Source: a virus. Taken from it: a stretch of DNA of 64,000 bases. A program made the position numbers and the translations under genes. Shown here piece by piece: positions 55,046-63,640 of the stretch (its first letter is position 1; each line of letters begins with the position of its first letter). The DNA is taken from the IMG/VR virus record IMGVR_UViG_3300022744_000022, positions 17,933-81,932 of that record. The stretch is one strand, 5' to 3'. Below the pieces are notes generated by a model. That model did no database searches, was not told the DNA's origin, and saw only the letters and a list, made by a program, of their open reading frames with translations.

Positions 55046-58043
55046 CGATGATGATCTCAGCGCCTTCTTGGCTTTGGCCATGTCGGACATGCCTGCGCCT
55101 AAAGCTGAGACGCCACCCCAAGCGGCCCCCGCTGCACCGGCGGTGGAGGCCTCTCTTGATGAGTTTCTGACAACCGCAGCGGTCCCTGAGTCCCCCGCAG
55201 CGGTTGAAGCGTCGATCGAAGAATTCCTATCCTCTAGAGAACCGGATTCAGAGCCTGAGGCCGTTGAGGCTGCCCCTACGGCAGAGCCCGAAGGGGATGA
55301 TGCTCTATCGTTTCTAGCGAACTCTGGGCTCAAACGAGTCCGTGACGTTCCGGACATCATCAAGCCGTGGATGAAGCACCACACCTTCACTCAGGTGAAG
55401 ACGCTTGCTGAGGTCAACCAGATCGTTGACGAGTGCATCAAGCGAGGCTTCTGCTCTCTCGATCTAGAGACGCAGGGTCTAGATAACCGCATCTACTACG
55501 ACGCTGCTGGGAACCCGCAGACGGTCCACAAGATCGTAGGCTTCTGCATTTCCTACGACGGTATCGAGGGTTTCTACATCCCGGTCCGGCATCGACCCAC
55601 AGATGGGGGTCCAGATCTCAACGTCACGCCCGTAGCAAGCGTGGAGCAGGCCATCTCTCGGCTTTGCCATGCTGCGATCCCGGTCGGTACCCCCGAGGCT
55701 ATCGAGAAGGACTTGCTCTCGTACGAGGCTCCGCGTCCACAGGTCGTCATTGCCATGTGGAACGCGCAGTTCGACCAAGAGTTTCTGTACCCCATCACGG
55801 GGATTGACTGGTGGCACCCCAGTTCCTTCGAGGACGGGATGTTGGCCGCTTTCACCAAATGGGCTGGCGACAAGGCACTCAGCCTCAAGAAGAAGGCGGT
55901 ACAGCTTCTCAAGGATCCCGACGGCAACCCGTACGAGATGATCGAACTCAAGGAGCTGTTCGATAAGGGCCGGAAGATCCAGTTCGACACCTTGGCCCCT
56001 GATGAGCCCGGTGTGCTTCGTTACGCGGGTTCCGACGCTATCTGCACCTACAAGCTCTGCCAGATCCCGGATTTGGTACCGCTGTGTTTGGAGAAATACG
56101 GGTTCACGTACCGACTTGAGAAGCAGACGACTTGCGCTCTGCGGGTGATGGAGCGTAATCGGGTCTACATCACGCGGGACAGGGTTCGTGAAACGCTGCG
56201 TGAGCAAGAGGCTTTGCGTGATGACTTGCTCCAGAAGATCCGTGCGTTCGCTTGGGAGCAGAAGCAGGTTCGTCTAGATCCGAACTCCCCCAAGCAACTC
56301 GGGGAGTTTCTGTTCGGAACGGGCGCTCAGGGCATGGGGATCACTCCCGCTCCTGACAAGAACGAGGCATCGGGGCAATACAAGACCGACGGTGACACGC
56401 TAGAGGAGCTGGCCAAGGCACCCAACGCTCCGACGATTCTCAAAGAGATCGTCACCTACCGCGAGCTGGAGAAGTACATCGGTACCTATCTGCTCAACCT
56501 TGCGAACAACCCAGACGAGAACTCTGAGTTGCGGTTCTGCTTCAAGCAGACCGGCGCGGCGTCGGGACGTTTGTCAGCCCCCTCGGGGGATCCCGAGCAA
56601 GGGCAGTCGGGTGTTCCGGTCCACGGTATCCCGGGTGGCTCAGAAGTTCGGCGCAACTTCGAGGCCCGTAAAGGGTACACGATGGCCAAGTGTGACTACG
56701 CAGGCGAGGAGCTGCGTATCGCAACCAACATCACGAACGAGCCTGTTTGGATCAAGGAGTTCACGTACGGCACTGGTGACCTGCACACCATCACGGCCCA
56801 GGCGTTCTTCAGCAAACAAGAGGTCACCAAGGAAGAACGTAACGCGGGTAAGATCGCTAACTTCTCGCTGCTCTACGGTGGCGGTCCCAAGGCTATCGTT
56901 CGTGCCACGGGCTGCGATGACATGGAGGCCCGTCGTCGTAAGCAGGCGTTCGACAAGTCGGTCCCGGTCTTTGCGAAGTGGATCAAGACCCAGCATGAGG
57001 CGGTCAAGAGGGATTTGGGGGTTTGGACGGCCTTCGGTCGTTGGCTCTCGATTCCAGATGCCCGGCACATGGATCAGGCGATTCGGGCAGCCTGCGAGCG
57101 GCACGCGGTCAACTACCAGATTCAGGGTGCTGGCGCTGACATCATGAAGATCTCGATGGTCACGCTGCACAAGGCGTTCCATCGTAAGGGTTGGCTCCGG
57201 AACGGCGGCGACGATTCGATCCGAATGCTCTTGACCGTACACGACGAAATCGTCTTCGAGATCAAGCACGAGCGGGTAGCTGAAGCGATCCCCTTGATTG
57301 TCGAGATCATGGAAGCCCCGTGGAGGCGTCCCAAGAAGCCGGAGTGGAAGGTGCCTCTCGTGGTGGAGCCTCTTGTGGGGTTCAACTGGGCCAGCGGGTA
57401 CATGGTGGAGCGGGCCAAGCCTGGCCACAAGCTCAGCAATACCGAAGTCTTGATTAACGGTTTCGTGTACCACACGACACGCAAGCCTAAGATTAAGAAT
57501 GACGTGATTGTTGAGTCCCTTGACACCCAAGAGGTCGTGGAGGGTAAGAAGTTCCGGGTCGTGGATCCCCCGTGGTTGATGGGTCGTGTTCCTGGGGTTG
57601 AGGACCCCAACGAAACCACGCCTTCGGCGGCACCTGATCCGGCTCCGACCGCTTCTCCGGCAGCAGTGGAAATGCCCCCCGCCGACGGGGATCAGGCGGA
57701 GTTGGATCAGATGTTGGAGGGTCTTACGGAGTCGGGGCCGCTTGCAGCTCCAGCCCCTTCGGCACCTTCCCCAGCCCTTTCGGCACCCCCACCGGCGTCG
57801 GCTTCTCCAACGACTACCTCGCAATCTGAGGTGCTCAAGATTGCGATCAATCAGCTCAACGAGCAGACCGCCGAACAGGTCTGCGACTTCCTTCTGAGCA
57901 GTGGCGACAACGACGCCGGGGTGGTGCTTCACCTCACGGATATTGTTGGGGAAACGTTGATCTCCCCTGACCGTGGCTGGATGGTCCTTAAGGATACGTT
58001 CATAGCCAAGCTACGTAAACACAACCTGTTGTGTGCCGAATGA
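55029..58043 (+). CDS. polA: DNA polymerase family A with 3'-5' exonuclease
   Basis: Exo motifs DLETQGL, NAQFD, YAGSDA; polymerase motifs TGAASGRLS, CDYAGEELRI, KIANFSLLYG, NYQIQGAGAD, LTVHDEIVFE. Confidence 0.93.
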   Translation: MPQVDDDDDLSAFLALAMSDMPAPKAETPPQAAPAAPAVEASLDEFLTTAAVPESPAAVEASIEEFLSSREPDSEPEAVEAAPTAEPEGDDALSFLANSGLKRVRDVPDIIKPWMKHHTFTQVKTLAEVNQIVDECIKRGFCSLDLETQGLDNRIYYDAAGNPQTVHKIVGFCISYDGIEGFYIPVRHRPTDGGPDLNVTPVASVEQAISRLCHAAIPVGTPEAIEKDLLSYEAPRPQVVIAMWNAQFDQEFLYPITGIDWWHPSSFEDGMLAAFTKWAGDKALSLKKKAVQLLKDPDGNPYEMIELKELFDKGRKIQFDTLAPDEPGVLRYAGSDAICTYKLCQIPDLVPLCLEKYGFTYRLEKQTTCALRVMERNRVYITRDRVRETLREQEALRDDLLQKIRAFAWEQKQVRLDPNSPKQLGEFLFGTGAQGMGITPAPDKNEASGQYKTDGDTLEELAKAPNAPTILKEIVTYRELEKYIGTYLLNLANNPDENSELRFCFKQTGAASGRLSAPSGDPEQGQSGVPVHGIPGGSEVRRNFEARKGYTMAKCDYAGEELRIATNITNEPVWIKEFTYGTGDLHTITAQAFFSKQEVTKEERNAGKIANFSLLYGGGPKAIVRATGCDDMEARRRKQAFDKSVPVFAKWIKTQHEAVKRDLGVWTAFGRWLSIPDARHMDQAIRAACERHAVNYQIQGAGADIMKISMVTLHKAFHRKGWLRNGGDDSIRMLLTVHDEIVFEIKHERVAEAIPLIVEIMEAPWRRPKKPEWKVPLVVEPLVGFNWASGYMVERAKPGHKLSNTEVLINGFVYHTTRKPKIKNDVIVESLDTQEVVEGKKFRVVDPPWLMGRVPGVEDPNETTPSAAPDPAPTASPAAVEMPPADGDQAELDQMLEGLTESGPLAAPAPSAPSPALSAPPPASASPTTTSQSEVLKIAINQLNEQTAEQVCDFLLSSGDNDAGVVLHLTDIVGETLISPDRGWMVLKDTFIAKLRKHNLLCAE

Positions 58044-58672
58044 CCCAACGACACGATCTATACGGCGAATGCAACACGGTGGGGGCCCCTAACGAGGTCT
58101 TTGCCGAGCAGTGCTGCAAACACTGCATCAACCCGGAATGCACCCGCAGCGCTTTTGGTAAGACCAAGTTCGACCAGAGGGTGAACACTTGGTACGACCG
58201 CTTGTTCGCGCATGTTCCGCGTATGGATCGGGGGGATCCGAGGTTCGAGGGCATTGCGGCTCAGCGGTTCATGCTGATCAATCCGGCGTTGACCGTCAAT
58301 TCCCAAGCGTCCTGGGTGGATCCTCGTGACTTGTCGGATCAGGTTGCGGTGCCTAACCGGGCTCCAGACCCGCCAGAACCCGTTCCTGAGCCGCCGCAAG
58401 TTCAGGAAGCCCCACAGGCTCCGGTTGCCGAAAGTCCGCCCGTAGAGGCCCCACAAGCGCCTTCCCTGCCTGTTGTTCCACCCCAGCAGTCTACGGGGCG
58501 TTTATCCCCGAATCTGGTGACCGCCAACACGGCCGTGCAACAGGGGCGAATGCTTCAACCGCCTCCGGGGGCCCCAAAACCGAGCAATTCCTGGGATGCC
58601 CCTGTCCCCACGACCGATACCGCTGGGGTCAAGGTTGTGAAATCGGGGGCTCGTGTAAAACTGGGCGGCTAA
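58040..58672 (+). CDS. Hypothetical protein (Cys-rich N-terminus, Pro-rich linker)
   Basis: ATGA overlap with polA stop; CCKHCINPEC. Confidence 0.65.
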   Translation: MTQRHDLYGECNTVGAPNEVFAEQCCKHCINPECTRSAFGKTKFDQRVNTWYDRLFAHVPRMDRGDPRFEGIAAQRFMLINPALTVNSQASWVDPRDLSDQVAVPNRAPDPPEPVPEPPQVQEAPQAPVAESPPVEAPQAPSLPVVPPQQSTGRLSPNLVTANTAVQQGRMLQPPPGAPKPSNSWDAPVPTTDTAGVKVVKSGARVKLGG

Positions 58673-58674
58673 AC

Positions 58675-58680
58675 GGTGTA
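58675..58680 (+). promoter_or_regulatory. GGTGTA promoter-like motif
   Basis: 10 nt before AGGAGG SD of the 58701 gene. Confidence 0.55.
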
Positions 58681-58700
58681 GCTAGAGGCCAGGAGGACAC

Positions 58701-58874
58701 ATGAAGGGTAAGACAACTATCAAGCCGGATGGCACGGTCGTCACTGAAGTTCTGGAGCGTGAGGGCCAGGACTGCAAAGAGGTCATGAAGTTGACCGAGC
58801 GGATCGGCCAGCAGATTGGCGAGGAGATCACGGGGCCCGATTGCGATACCAACAACGAAACCACCATCGGCTAA
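58701..58874 (+). CDS. DUF2997-like small protein (57 aa, missing from ORF track)
   Basis: AGGAGG SD; MKGKTTIKPDGTVVTEVLEREGQDCKEVMKLTERIG fits the I.PDG.V..EV....G..C pattern. Confidence 0.75.
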   Translation: MKGKTTIKPDGTVVTEVLEREGQDCKEVMKLTERIGQQIGEEITGPDCDTNNETTIG

Positions 58875-58898
58875 GTCCGAGAAAGAAGAAAGCACGCC

Positions 58899-59228
58899 AT
58901 GTCACGACGCATTTCTACGAAGACTTCGATCACGGACAAAGAGCTGGCTCTGCAAGCGTTGAAGCAGGCGGGCATTCAGTATCAGGATCAAGGCAACTCC
59001 ATCCGTTTCACGTCAGGTGAGATGGCCAACGCCACCTTGGACTTGACCACGGGCACCATTTCCGGCGATTCCGACTTCGGTCACACGAAGGAACGCTTGG
59101 TGGGGTTGCTTCGCCAACACTACTCCGAGGCTCAGATCAAGCGTGAGTACGCAAAGCTGGGCACGGTCATCGATGAGCGTCTGACCGACAAGCAGGGCAA
59201 CGTTGTGCTCATGTGGCACATGGCCTGA
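58899..59228 (+). CDS. DUF1257/Ycf35-like protein
   Basis: MSRRISTKTSITDKELALQALKQAG...LRQHYSEAQIK..Y...G; context with DUF2997-like gene and AAA ATPase. Confidence 0.7.
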   Translation: MSRRISTKTSITDKELALQALKQAGIQYQDQGNSIRFTSGEMANATLDLTTGTISGDSDFGHTKERLVGLLRQHYSEAQIKREYAKLGTVIDERLTDKQGNVVLMWHMA

Positions 59229-59230
59229 GT

Positions 59231-59500
59231 GTGACTCGCGACGAGATAGCAGATTTGCTTTCGACTGAGAACCCATCGGCGCTTTTGGCCGATGGGTTTG
59301 AAGACGCCTTTTTAGGTGTGGCACGTCGTTGCGGTCAACCAGCACTTGCCGTGTACGACTACCGTTTGGGCGTCAAGGTGTTGATGCAACGTGACGCCAT
59401 GTCCTACGAGGACGCCGTGGAGTGGATGGCGTTCAACGTCTTGGGCGCGTGGGTTGGGGAACACACTCCAATGTGGCTTGTGACACCTGAGACGGTGTAG
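59231..59500 (+). CDS. Conserved phage hypothetical protein
   Basis: LLADGFEDAFLG...AVYDY...MSYEDAVEW..FNV.GAWVGE.TP, a pattern I recognise from small phage proteins. Confidence 0.65.
   Translation: MTRDEIADLLSTENPSALLADGFEDAFLGVARRCGQPALAVYDYRLGVKVLMQRDAMSYEDAVEWMAFNVLGAWVGEHTPMWLVTPETV
59494..59499 (+). promoter_or_regulatory. GGTGTA promoter-like motif
   Basis: 11 nt before ATG 59511. Confidence 0.55.
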
Positions 59501-59510
59501 TGGATCTACG

Positions 59511-61055
59511 ATGCTCCCTGAACTAGCGTTTCACATTAAGACGTTCACACGTCTCATCTACTTCGTCACTCCCGAAGAGGACCGCTTCCTCGTCCAGCTC
59601 CGGGACGCAATGAAGACACAGGTGCCGCATGTGAAGGTCTACAACGCGGCGTTCGGCCTCGTTCCGTTGACGCAGCTCATTGGGGATTGGTCGAGCAAGG
59701 CTCATGCGTCGGATGGGCCTACGCAGGGCATTCACGACGCCCTCATTGCAATCTATAAAGAGCCGACTCCGACTGACGCCAAGATCTACATCATCACGGA
59801 TCCTGATCGTTGGTTGAAGGACGAGCACGTTCAACGCCGCATCCTGAACATCTTGCATCAAGTCCATAACGACACCAGCACTGTGAAGGTGCTGATCTGC
59901 GTGAGTAGCCGCCGCTTCGTTCCCGAGAAGCTTGCGAGGTACACGGAAGTCGTCCAAGACACCGGGCTGTCGTCGGATGAAATCCTGGAGATCGTAAGCT
60001 CAACGTGCGGCAGGCTCAAGATCGAGCCGCCTGAGGACACCGATCGAGTGTTTAAGGGCATGACGGGCTTCGAGGTCCAAGCGGCTCTCATTCAGACCAA
60101 GCGGAAGGCTCGGTTTGCTGATCCTAAGTTGCTGTCCGAGTATCGGTTCAAGCAGCTCCGCAAGACTGACCTGGTGCAGTACATCGACACCTCAGACTAC
60201 ACTTTCGAGTCTGTGGGGGGCGCTGGGCGCTTCAAAAATTGGGTCGGAAAAATGAAATCGGCTTGGACCCCTGAGGGCCGGGCGTTTGGTCTTGAGCCGC
60301 CCAAGGGGGTGTTGGCCGTCGGGGTTTGGGGCACGGGCAAGTCCCTGTCTATCAAGGCCTTGGGCAACGCTTGGGGGCTGCCTGTTGTGCAACTGGACAT
60401 GGGACGTTTGCGTTCATCGGGCGTGGGTGATTCCGAGTCCAACGTGTATCAGGCGATCAGGATCATCGAGGCGGTAGCGCCCTGCATCATCTGGATCGAT
60501 GAGGCAGAAAAGAGCCTGTCCGGTGGGCAGTCCTCTGCTCAAACGGACTCAGGTACCACGAGCCGTATGATTGGGGCACTCTCGACTTGGATGCAAGAAA
60601 CCAAGTCACCCGTGTGCGTAGCGATGACTGCGAACTCGCTCAAGACTCTGCCTGTCGAGTTCGTGAACCGCATGGACGAGCGGTGGTTCTTCGACCTGCC
60701 GTCCCAAGAGGATCGCATCGACATCCTCAAGATCCACCTGAAAAAGCGTAAGCAGGAGCCCCTCAACTACAACCTTGCGTTGTTGGCTGAAAAGGCCGAG
60801 TCGATGGTGGGCCGCGAGATCGAGCAGTGCTTGAAGGCAGCGATGACCCTCAGCTTTGTGGAAGGGCATTCTCACCTCGATGAAGCTATTTTTGTCAACG
60901 AGCTAGAGCATAAGCCTCGAATCGTTCGCACAATGGTGGATGAGATCAAGGAAACCCTCGACTGGGTGGGCTTTGACCCGAAGGTGGATGACGGGGTTCG
61001 GGCACGCTTTGCAGCCGACCCTAAAGGCCCCGACCGCAAGTTCTCGGTAGCGTGA
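59511..61055 (+). CDS. Ycf46-like AAA+ ATPase
   Basis: Degenerate N-terminal AAA domain (TPEEDR), then PKGVLAVGVWGTGKS, IIWIDEAEK, DSGTTSR, MTAN, LPVEF..RMDE.WFFDLP. Confidence 0.85.
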   Translation: MLPELAFHIKTFTRLIYFVTPEEDRFLVQLRDAMKTQVPHVKVYNAAFGLVPLTQLIGDWSSKAHASDGPTQGIHDALIAIYKEPTPTDAKIYIITDPDRWLKDEHVQRRILNILHQVHNDTSTVKVLICVSSRRFVPEKLARYTEVVQDTGLSSDEILEIVSSTCGRLKIEPPEDTDRVFKGMTGFEVQAALIQTKRKARFADPKLLSEYRFKQLRKTDLVQYIDTSDYTFESVGGAGRFKNWVGKMKSAWTPEGRAFGLEPPKGVLAVGVWGTGKSLSIKALGNAWGLPVVQLDMGRLRSSGVGDSESNVYQAIRIIEAVAPCIIWIDEAEKSLSGGQSSAQTDSGTTSRMIGALSTWMQETKSPVCVAMTANSLKTLPVEFVNRMDERWFFDLPSQEDRIDILKIHLKKRKQEPLNYNLALLAEKAESMVGREIEQCLKAAMTLSFVEGHSHLDEAIFVNELEHKPRIVRTMVDEIKETLDWVGFDPKVDDGVRARFAADPKGPDRKFSVA

Positions 61056-62221
61056 TGCCCGACATATTAGCCAAAGTTGATGTATCGGTCTTGACCGTGG
61101 CGAACCCGGTTGCCGGGACGCTCTTGGCTGCCCGAACGGTCATCCGAACGGTTCCGGAGATCCAGGTGCTGTTCCAGGACGCTCGCGAAAAGGGGTGGAC
61201 CGCTGGGCAGCTCGCCGATGCTCTGTACGTCCAGTTGCCCGAGCACCTTCTGGACCCGCAGGACCTCTGGGAAACCTGCCTGTACCTCGCGGACGAGTTC
61301 TTCCAACTGGGGGAGCACACGTTGCTCGTGTCCTCGGAAACTGGGCTCGCAATCGCCAGGGTCCAGGAGGACGACATCTACCTGCCTGCGCCCGTTTCCC
61401 GTGAAACAGAAGACGGGTCGGTACGGCTGGCTCAACCGCTGCCCCGTCTCCGGCCTGACCTGGAGGGGTTGATTGTCCAGTGGCAGTTTGACCGCGCCCA
61501 GGACCGGAAGGTGGTTCAAGGGCTCGCCGTCAAGCTACCCAGCTCTGCGCTGCTGGCTCAGGAAGGGGACAACCGTCTTCTTCAAGTCACCCAAGACGGG
61601 CGGCGGCGAATTGTGGATCGTTTACGGGCAGATCTCCCCACGATTCTGCATGGAGACGTGCCGGGGGTGAGCGGAGCACTGCTCAAGCTGTGCAAGTTTA
61701 GTACAATCGGGGAAGTACCGTCCGGCTTCTTGCCTTGTGCCCCTTCGACGGCTCTGGTCCGAGTGACCCGTCCGGTGATTGACCCGTTGGCAGCCAATCT
61801 GAGACAAGATGCCTACACGGCGTTGCTTGGGCAGATCAGGTCGGGGTGGGTCCGAGACATCGCCCGAGTGTTGTCGGGGCTTGTGCATGGCTTACGGGAG
61901 GTCCAGGACGCCTCGGTGCTGGACGCCTTGCCGGGGAGTCTTTGGATCTGCGAGCCCAACACGGCGATGGCTCTTCGTGGGAAGGTGGTGTTGCCAGTGC
62001 CTGGGGCGGCCACGACGTTAGTCCATGCGTGGCTCGATACCCCGGTGGCGTACATCTGCCCCCGAGAGGACTCGTACGCCTGCCAGTCCAGAGAGTTCTT
62101 GGGCCGCTGGGAGGTGGGGGCGAGCCTAGAGTTTGCGTTGCACCTGAACCCCCAAGCCTTCTCGGCTTACCGCCTCAAGGATGTGTTGGAATCAGGGGTT
62201 TCGGTAGAGGTGGTGGCGTGA
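61052..62221 (+). CDS. Hypothetical protein (389 aa)
   Basis: GTGA overlap with AAA stop; no confident family. Confidence 0.6.
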   Translation: MMPDILAKVDVSVLTVANPVAGTLLAARTVIRTVPEIQVLFQDAREKGWTAGQLADALYVQLPEHLLDPQDLWETCLYLADEFFQLGEHTLLVSSETGLAIARVQEDDIYLPAPVSRETEDGSVRLAQPLPRLRPDLEGLIVQWQFDRAQDRKVVQGLAVKLPSSALLAQEGDNRLLQVTQDGRRRIVDRLRADLPTILHGDVPGVSGALLKLCKFSTIGEVPSGFLPCAPSTALVRVTRPVIDPLAANLRQDAYTALLGQIRSGWVRDIARVLSGLVHGLREVQDASVLDALPGSLWICEPNTAMALRGKVVLPVPGAATTLVHAWLDTPVAYICPREDSYACQSREFLGRWEVGASLEFALHLNPQAFSAYRLKDVLESGVSVEVVA

Positions 62222-62433
62222 AGCATTACTACTCTGTAGTGGCCTTCGCGACCACCTCTAGGCAGTACCAGGACCCTATGATCTTCATCGAGCCCGGTCT
62301 CAACGTCTTCACGGTGACCACCGACGCGATTGATGCTCTTGTGTCTCGCCTAAAGGCAGACGGGCATCGTATCGATGAGGTGAACCAGCTTGACGGGTCG
62401 GAAGCACACGTCGTCAACCGACTTAGCTCGTGA
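62218..62433 (+). CDS. Small hypothetical protein (MKHYYSVV..., 71 aa)
   Basis: GTGA overlap with upstream stop and GAGG SD; is the 3' part of track ORF 61846. Confidence 0.55.
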   Translation: MKHYYSVVAFATTSRQYQDPMIFIEPGLNVFTVTTDAIDALVSRLKADGHRIDEVNQLDGSEAHVVNRLSS

Positions 62434-62683
62434 GGCGTTACTTCAACACCTCCGACGGGATCCGTCACGGATCCTGTACGCTGGCCCTATCACGCTTTGG
62501 TTACGGGGTGGGTACAGCTTGGAGCGCGTGGAAGCGCTTCTTGAGAATTTGGTGACCGAGGGTGTCCTCCGGTACGCCACCCCTCAGGAGCTTGCGACTG
62601 CTTCGCTGCGTCACGGGTATTTCTTGACCCCTGAGGGTGTTGCGAAGCTGCCTCCAGAAGATCGATCCTACGGAGTAACGTGA
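62390..62683 (+). CDS. Small protein, possible winged helix
   Basis: YSLERVEALLENLVTEGVL...YFLTPEG. Confidence 0.5.
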   Translation: MTGRKHTSSTDLAREALLQHLRRDPSRILYAGPITLWLRGGYSLERVEALLENLVTEGVLRYATPQELATASLRHGYFLTPEGVAKLPPEDRSYGVT

Positions 62684-62693
62684 CTCGGAACCT

Positions 62694-62699
62694 GGTGTA
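62694..62699 (+). promoter_or_regulatory. GGTGTA promoter-like motif (TCGGAACCTGGTGTAT)
   Basis: 9 nt before SD-less ATG 62709; 14/15 match to the 48515-48529 copy. Confidence 0.6.
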
Positions 62700-62708
62700 T
62701 GCCGGGTC

Positions 62709-63089
62709 ATGTCCAAGCTTCGTGTGGTGATCGAGAGTCCCCTGAAAGGCGACTTTGAACGGAACAAGCGATATGCCCTGTGGTGTGGCTATCACTGTTT
62801 CACCCTGGGTGAGGCCGCCTACGCGAGCCACCTGTTCTACCCGCAGTTTTTGAACGACCTTGATCCTGAGCACAGGAAGTTCGGGATCGAAGCCGGGTAC
62901 TGCTGGGCCCAAACAGCGGATCAGTTCGCTTTCTATACCGACCTTGGTTGGAGCGACGGGATGCTGCGGGCCAAGGACCGTTGGGCAGGCCGCGTAACGG
63001 TTGAGCGTCAGCTCCCTGCGGACATGCTGAGCGCTTTTGAGCGTGGTGAGCTTCCGGGTCAGACCCCTGGATTCGAGGCCACCCTATGA
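62709..63089 (+). CDS. Nucleoside 2-deoxyribosyltransferase-fold phage protein (DUF4406/DUF7768-like)
   Basis: VVIESPLKGDFERN..YA...ASHLFYPQFLND..P..R..GI.AG...FYTDLGWSDGM. Confidence 0.65.
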   Translation: MSKLRVVIESPLKGDFERNKRYALWCGYHCFTLGEAAYASHLFYPQFLNDLDPEHRKFGIEAGYCWAQTADQFAFYTDLGWSDGMLRAKDRWAGRVTVERQLPADMLSAFERGELPGQTPGFEATL

Positions 63090-63640
63090 GACGCAAACGC
63101 CTGCTAGTCGATGTTGATGAAGTTCTGGCGGACTTCCATACCCCCGTGTTTGATCTTGCCGCGAAGTTGTTCGGCAAGAAACTGACCTCAGAGGACTTCG
63201 ACACTTGGGATCTCTTTGATCACTTCCCAAAGGCGGAGCGTAAGGCCCTCTTCAATGCGATGGAGCAGCCTGGCTACTGCACGTCTTTGCCGCCTCTGCC
63301 GGGAGCCCTTGAAGCGATCCAAGAGCTGCGGAACTACGTGGACGTGTACGTGGTGACGAGTCCGTTCCCGAGTCCCACTTGGGTCTCAGAGCGTTATGCC
63401 TGGTTGCATGAGCACTTCAACTTCAAGCCGAGTGAGGTGATCACTACCAGCTCCAAGTTCGTGGTCGCGGGGGACGCATTCTTGGATGACCGCCCCGACA
63501 ACGTGGTGGATTGGCTGGAAGCCCACCCGCAGAAGACCGGGATGCTCTGGCACACACCCAACACGAAGACGTTGGTCGAGCACGACTCTCTGCGGGTGTA
63601 CTCGTGGGAACAGGTTATTCAGAAAGTGAAAGCACTATGA
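63086..63640 (+). CDS. 5'(3')-deoxyribonucleotidase (HAD superfamily)
   Basis: LVDVDEVLADF, VVTSP, WL.EHF, K..V.GD.FLDDRP.N. Confidence 0.88.
   Translation: MRRKRLLVDVDEVLADFHTPVFDLAAKLFGKKLTSEDFDTWDLFDHFPKAERKALFNAMEQPGYCTSLPPLPGALEAIQELRNYVDVYVVTSPFPSPTWVSERYAWLHEHFNFKPSEVITTSSKFVVAGDAFLDDRPDNVVDWLEAHPQKTGMLWHTPNTKTLVEHDSLRVYSWEQVIQKVKAL

Noticed and set aside
56640..57932. Long antisense ORFs (430 aa here; also 48593..49606, 25850..26695, 39946..40734)
   Set aside because: They mirror well-supported + strand genes in GC-rich DNA and show no protein motifs; likely shadow ORFs
58040..58672. C-terminal KLGG as a ubiquitin/Pup-like conjugation tag next to the AAA ATPase
   Set aside because: No beta-grasp-like sequence and no E1, JAB or Pup-ligase gene in the window; GG could be chance
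61052..62221. Possible decayed major-capsid paralogue (TQDGRRRI segment, beta-rich end)
   Set aside because: Resemblance too weak to support by eye; needs HHpred or Foldseek
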